DNA of 64,000 nucleotides from Alkalispirochaeta sp. (GTDB lineage Bacteria; Spirochaetota; Spirochaetia; DSM-27196; Alkalispirochaetaceae): NCBI GenBank assembly GCA_965242725.1, contig CBDESZ010000021.1, positions 62,783 to 126,782 of the forward strand, read 5' to 3'. Shown piece by piece: positions 60,532 to 64,000 of this stretch (position 1 is its first letter; each line of letters starts with the position of its first letter). The notes under the pieces were generated by a model. It saw only the letters and a program-made list of their open reading frames with translations, ran no database searches and was not told where the DNA came from. The position numbers and the translations under genes were made by a program.

Positions 60532-61550
60532 GTATTGAAGTCAAAAACGTTTCCAAATGCTTTGGCGGGGCGCGTGCAATCGACGACATCAGCCTCCGGG
60601 TACCAACAGGAACGCTGGTTGCCCTCCTTGGACCTTCGGGTTCGGGTAAAACAACGCTGCTGCGTGTTATCGCCGGTCTCGAAGAACCAGATCCGGGAAG
60701 CGGCACCATTCTCTTTGACGGCACCAACATGGCAGCACGAAATATTCGGGAGAGAAAAGTAGGTTTTGTCTTCCAACATTACGCCCTGTTCCGCCACATG
60801 AACGTCTTTGAAAATATAGCCTTCGGTCTCACCGTTCGACCCCGACGCAACCGCCCCGACAAACGCGAGATAGCGGACAGGGTACACCGGTTGCTTCAAT
60901 TGATCCAGCTCGAACAATATGCACGTCGATATCCCGACCAGCTGTCCGGCGGGCAGCGACAACGGGTCGCCCTCGCCCGGGCCTTGGCCGTGGAGCCGAA
61001 GATTCTGCTTCTTGACGAACCGTTTGGCGCCCTTGACGCCAAAGTTCGGAAAGAACTCAGGAGCTGGCTACGCCGCCTGCAGCAGGAAATGTCCCTCACG
61101 GCGCTCTTTGTTACCCACGATCAGGAAGAGGCGCTGGAGGTGGCGGATCAGGTCGTGATCTTGAATCACGGCCAAATCGAACAGAGCGGTACACCCGATG
61201 ATGTATTTCACAACCCCGTCACTGAGTTTGTCATGAGATTTCTGGGGGAGGTCAACATCTTTCACGGTCGGTCGTCGGATACGGGTCCTGTCTATATTCG
61301 TCCCCACGAAGTCTCGGTGCGTCTGGAACAGACCGTCCAATCCAGCATGGATGCCACCGTTCTGAACGTTCGAAGCGCGGGTCCGGTGGTCCACCTGCTC
61401 CTCCGGACATCTTCAAATGAAACCGTGGCGGCAACAATCTCTCAGGAACAACTGGCAGCGATGAGGCTTATACCCGGCAGGACGGTCTTCATTCACCCCC
61501 TCCACTCCCGTGTCTTTCACGATGTGGTAAGTGATCGTTTTCGGGGTTAG
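60528..61550 (+). CDS. cysA: Sulfate ABC ATPase CysA
   Basis: [59 protein letters not shown]. Confidence 0.95.
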
Positions 61551-61705
61551 GCGGGTTGGAAAAGACAACCTCCCTTCAATGATGGCACCTTCCGACAACC
61601 GGAGGCTTTACCCCGACTAGGGATCGTTGCCGTGTCCTGCCGGTCTTTTTATCTTACAAGATGAATATTGCAGGATCATTTTACGGATCGGGTGAAGGAG
61701 TCGCC

Positions 61706-63104
61706 ATGAAAAAACAAGATATCCTGGTCATCGGCGCGGGATCCGGTGGAATAACCGCAGCGGTCACTGCTGCGGGATTCGGAAGGAATGTCCTGCTGGT
61801 GGACAGGAATCTGCCGGGAGGCGAATGCACGTGGTCGGGGTGTGTTCCCAGCAAGGCGCTCATTCACCAGGCAAATCTCAGCCATATCGCGGCGCAACAC
61901 GTTCCTGTATACACGCCGGATACAAAGAAGGCTATGGCGCACGTCCATCACGTGAGGAAAACGGTCTATTCCCACGAAAGCCCAGAAGCGCTCGCAAAAA
62001 TGAACATAGAGTTCCTGCAGGGGCACGCCCGCTTTCTCGACAGGTCGACGGTACAGGTCGGAGAAACGCTGATACGCGCGTCCAGAATAATTATCGCGAC
62101 CGGCTCTTCTCCGTTCATCCCTCCGGTAGAAGGACTTTCCGATGTCCCTTACCTCACCAATGAGTCGCTCTTTGAGCTGAATGAACTGCCGGCGTCGATG
62201 ATCGTACTGGGCGGCGGACCGATCGGGGTTGAGCTCGCCCAGGCCCTGAATCGTCTGGGAGTACAGGTACATCTGGTGGAAATGGCCGACCGCCTGTTGC
62301 CCCGTGAAGAAGAGGAGTTCTCAACGGCGTTGCGCGGCAAACTGACCCGGGAAGGCGTTCATATCCATCTTTCCACCAAGGCCGTATCCGCGACAGAGTC
62401 AAACGACGAAATACGTCTCACCTGCCGACGCGGAAACGGGGAGGAAATTCAACTCAGGGGAGACTCCATTCTCGTTGCAGTCGGGAGGTCCGCCAACGTG
62501 GGCGACCTTGACCTGGACGCAGCCGGGATTGCCTACACTCCAAAGGGAATCACCGTGGACCGAAGAATGCGAACCAGCAGAAAAAACATTTTTGCGGTGG
62601 GGCGACGTCGTCGGACCGTGGCTCTTTTCCCACATGGCCAACACCCAGGGCATACTGGCGGTCCAGAACGCGATCTTCCCCTGGAACCGCAAGGTCGGCA
62701 ACGAGATTCCGGTCTGGGTGACCTATACGGAGCCGGAACTCGCCCGCGCCGGTATGAGCGAAGCGGAAGCCAGGGCAAGCCACGGGAACTCCATTCGGGT
62801 GTACGATTTTGACCTCAACGAACTGGATAGGACCAGAACGACAGGCGAGAGCATAGAACGTGTCAGGATCATTCTCGACAGACCGGGAAAGGTCCTCGGG
62901 GCGACCATTCTCGCCGAGAGAGCGGGAGACATGATCGGCGAAATTCAGGTCGTCAGACACCTGGGGGCCAACTTCGGCAAACTCGCGTCTATCATTCATC
63001 CCTATCCGAGTTACGCCGAAGTATTTCAGAAGATCGGAAAACGGGTTCTCGTCGACAACCTCCTCAATAATCCATTGGTCAAGTTGTTCCGGAGGACGAA
63101 GTGA
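61706..63104 (+). CDS. Pyridine nucleotide-disulfide oxidoreductase (MerA/Lpd-like, lacking the C-terminal Cys pair), split by a +1 frameshift at G4 62599-62602
   Basis: VIGAGSGG; GGECTWSGCVPSK; GGGPIGVE; IFAVG/DVVG; TYTEPELA; HPYPSYAE. Confidence 0.88.
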
Positions 63105-63247
63105 TTCGGAAAGAGCTGAAACTGGAGTCGATCGTCGATGAATGTATCGACCCGCTGAGTGAGCTGAACATCAGGCGCTATCAAACGTTCGCCCGGCAGG
63201 TGGATGACATTTTGGCGGAGTTCTCAGGAACGGGAAGTAGAGCGTGA
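63101..63247 (+). CDS. Small hypothetical protein (48 aa)
   Basis: MIRKELKLESIVDECIDPLSELNIRRYQTFARQVDDILAEFSGTGSRA; GGAGG RBS at 63091; GTGA overlaps with both neighbouring genes. Confidence 0.55.
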   Translation: MIRKELKLESIVDECIDPLSELNIRRYQTFARQVDDILAEFSGTGSRA

Positions 63248-63714
63248 AAATGATTGTACTGTACGTCGTCGCTGGCTTGATCGTTGTGAGCGCCGCCGGA
63301 ATGATCATTCAAAACAACCGCATTCCTTCGGATGTCGGGGTACACGGCGGTGACCTCTCACCGTTGCCGGGAACACCAAACGCCGTCGCCAGCTATACCG
63401 ACGACGAGGCAAAACAGGTTGACCCTTTACCGCTGAACCGTCCCGCGCCGGATACCCTTGAAATCCTGAGGCAAATCGTCACGGAACAGGGAGCCGAGGT
63501 TATCACGGCCGGAAATGGCTATCTCCATGGGGTATACACGAGCAACGGTATGAAGTTTCACGACGACGTGGAATTTCTGATCAGGGAAGCGCAGGGAATA
63601 GTCGAGTTTCGGAGCGCATCACGGGTGGGATACTCAGATATGGGCGTAAATCGCCGGCGCTATGAAGCGATCCGCAGGAGATATCTGGAACTGATCGAAC
63701 CGGGACCGAGATAA
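63244..63714 (+). CDS. DUF1499-domain protein
   Basis: N-terminal TM; PNAVAS; YLH..S..MKFHDDVEF; FRSASRVGYSDMGVNRRR. Confidence 0.88.
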   Translation: MKMIVLYVVAGLIVVSAAGMIIQNNRIPSDVGVHGGDLSPLPGTPNAVASYTDDEAKQVDPLPLNRPAPDTLEILRQIVTEQGAEVITAGNGYLHGVYTSNGMKFHDDVEFLIREAQGIVEFRSASRVGYSDMGVNRRRYEAIRRRYLELIEPGPR

Positions 63715-63726
63715 ACGGCCGGTCGG

Positions 63727-64000
63727 TCAATCCATGCCGCGCATGTCGGCACCAAATCCCGAACGGGAGACTCCGTCGCGTCGGAAGGAAAATCGGATAC
63801 CGAATCCCCGTCCTTCAAGTACTTCCATCTTCCCCTTCAATTGTCCCTCCGCCAGACTCCTGGCGGTCAGGAGGCCAACGGACGAAAAGCCATCCAGAGA
63901 AAACTCGCCGGACATGCCTTTCCCGTCGTCACTGACGCTTACGATAACCGATCCGCCGGCGTCTCCTTCTTTGACGACAACCTCAATTCGCCCGTTTCCG
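63727..64000 (-). CDS. C-terminal HATPase end of a sensor histidine kinase (HisKA_2/HWE-like), truncated by the window end
   Basis: Manual translation GRIEVVV...VIVSVSDDGKGM...SSVGLLTARSLAEGQLKGKME. Confidence 0.75.
   Translation of the reverse strand, partial: GNGRIEVVVKEGDAGGSVIVSVSDDGKGMSGEFSLDGFSSVGLLTARSLAEGQLKGKMEVLEGRGFGIRFSFRRDGVSRSGFGADMRGMD

Noticed and set aside
61706..63104. Mercuric reductase (merA) call
   Set aside because: No N-terminal HMA domain, no C-terminal Cys-Cys pair, and no mer genes nearby.
1..64000. The many 60-310 aa alternative-frame and antisense ORFs in the track (e.g. 9519..10403+, 44559..45575-, 51005..51916+)
   Set aside because: They overlap well-supported genes, lack motifs and RBSs, and are expected shadows in GC-rich coding DNA.
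1..64000. CRISPR arrays, tRNA/rRNA genes, IS elements, integrases, prophage genes
   Set aside because: No regularly spaced repeats, recognisable structural RNA, or transposase/integrase/phage motifs were seen by eye; small RNAs could have been missed.

Overview
A gene-dense, fairly GC-rich bacterial chromosomal segment. It most likely comes from a free-living Spirochaetaceae member, inferred from 'VFAGGxxE'-type binding-protein leaders, many lipoproteins and spirochaete-style MCPs. Most of it is transport, sensing and catabolism: two sugar ABC systems (one with a GH149-like beta-1,3-glucan phosphorylase and an AraR-type regulator), a two-domain multicopper oxidase/ZIP pair, a siderophore ABC system, two convergent TRAP operons with an M24-family enzyme and an opine dehydrogenase, a sigma54-controlled sulfate ABC operon, several two-component systems, and a group C-type [FeFe]-hydrogenase/MCP fusion. 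The most striking element is a co-oriented cluster at 6.5-13.2 kb. It encodes a 7TM-DISM/LuxR one-component regulator followed by three lipoproteins: YfaP/DUF2135-like, MACPF pore-former, and alpha/beta-hydrolase. The last two are translationally coupled and share an acidic C-terminal domain, making this a candidate undescribed membrane-attack module. About nine single-base frameshifts, mostly in homopolymers and six in the first 760 bp, are probably sequencing errors. No rRNA, tRNA, CRISPR array or IS element was seen. All family assignments come from motifs read by eye, not from database searches.
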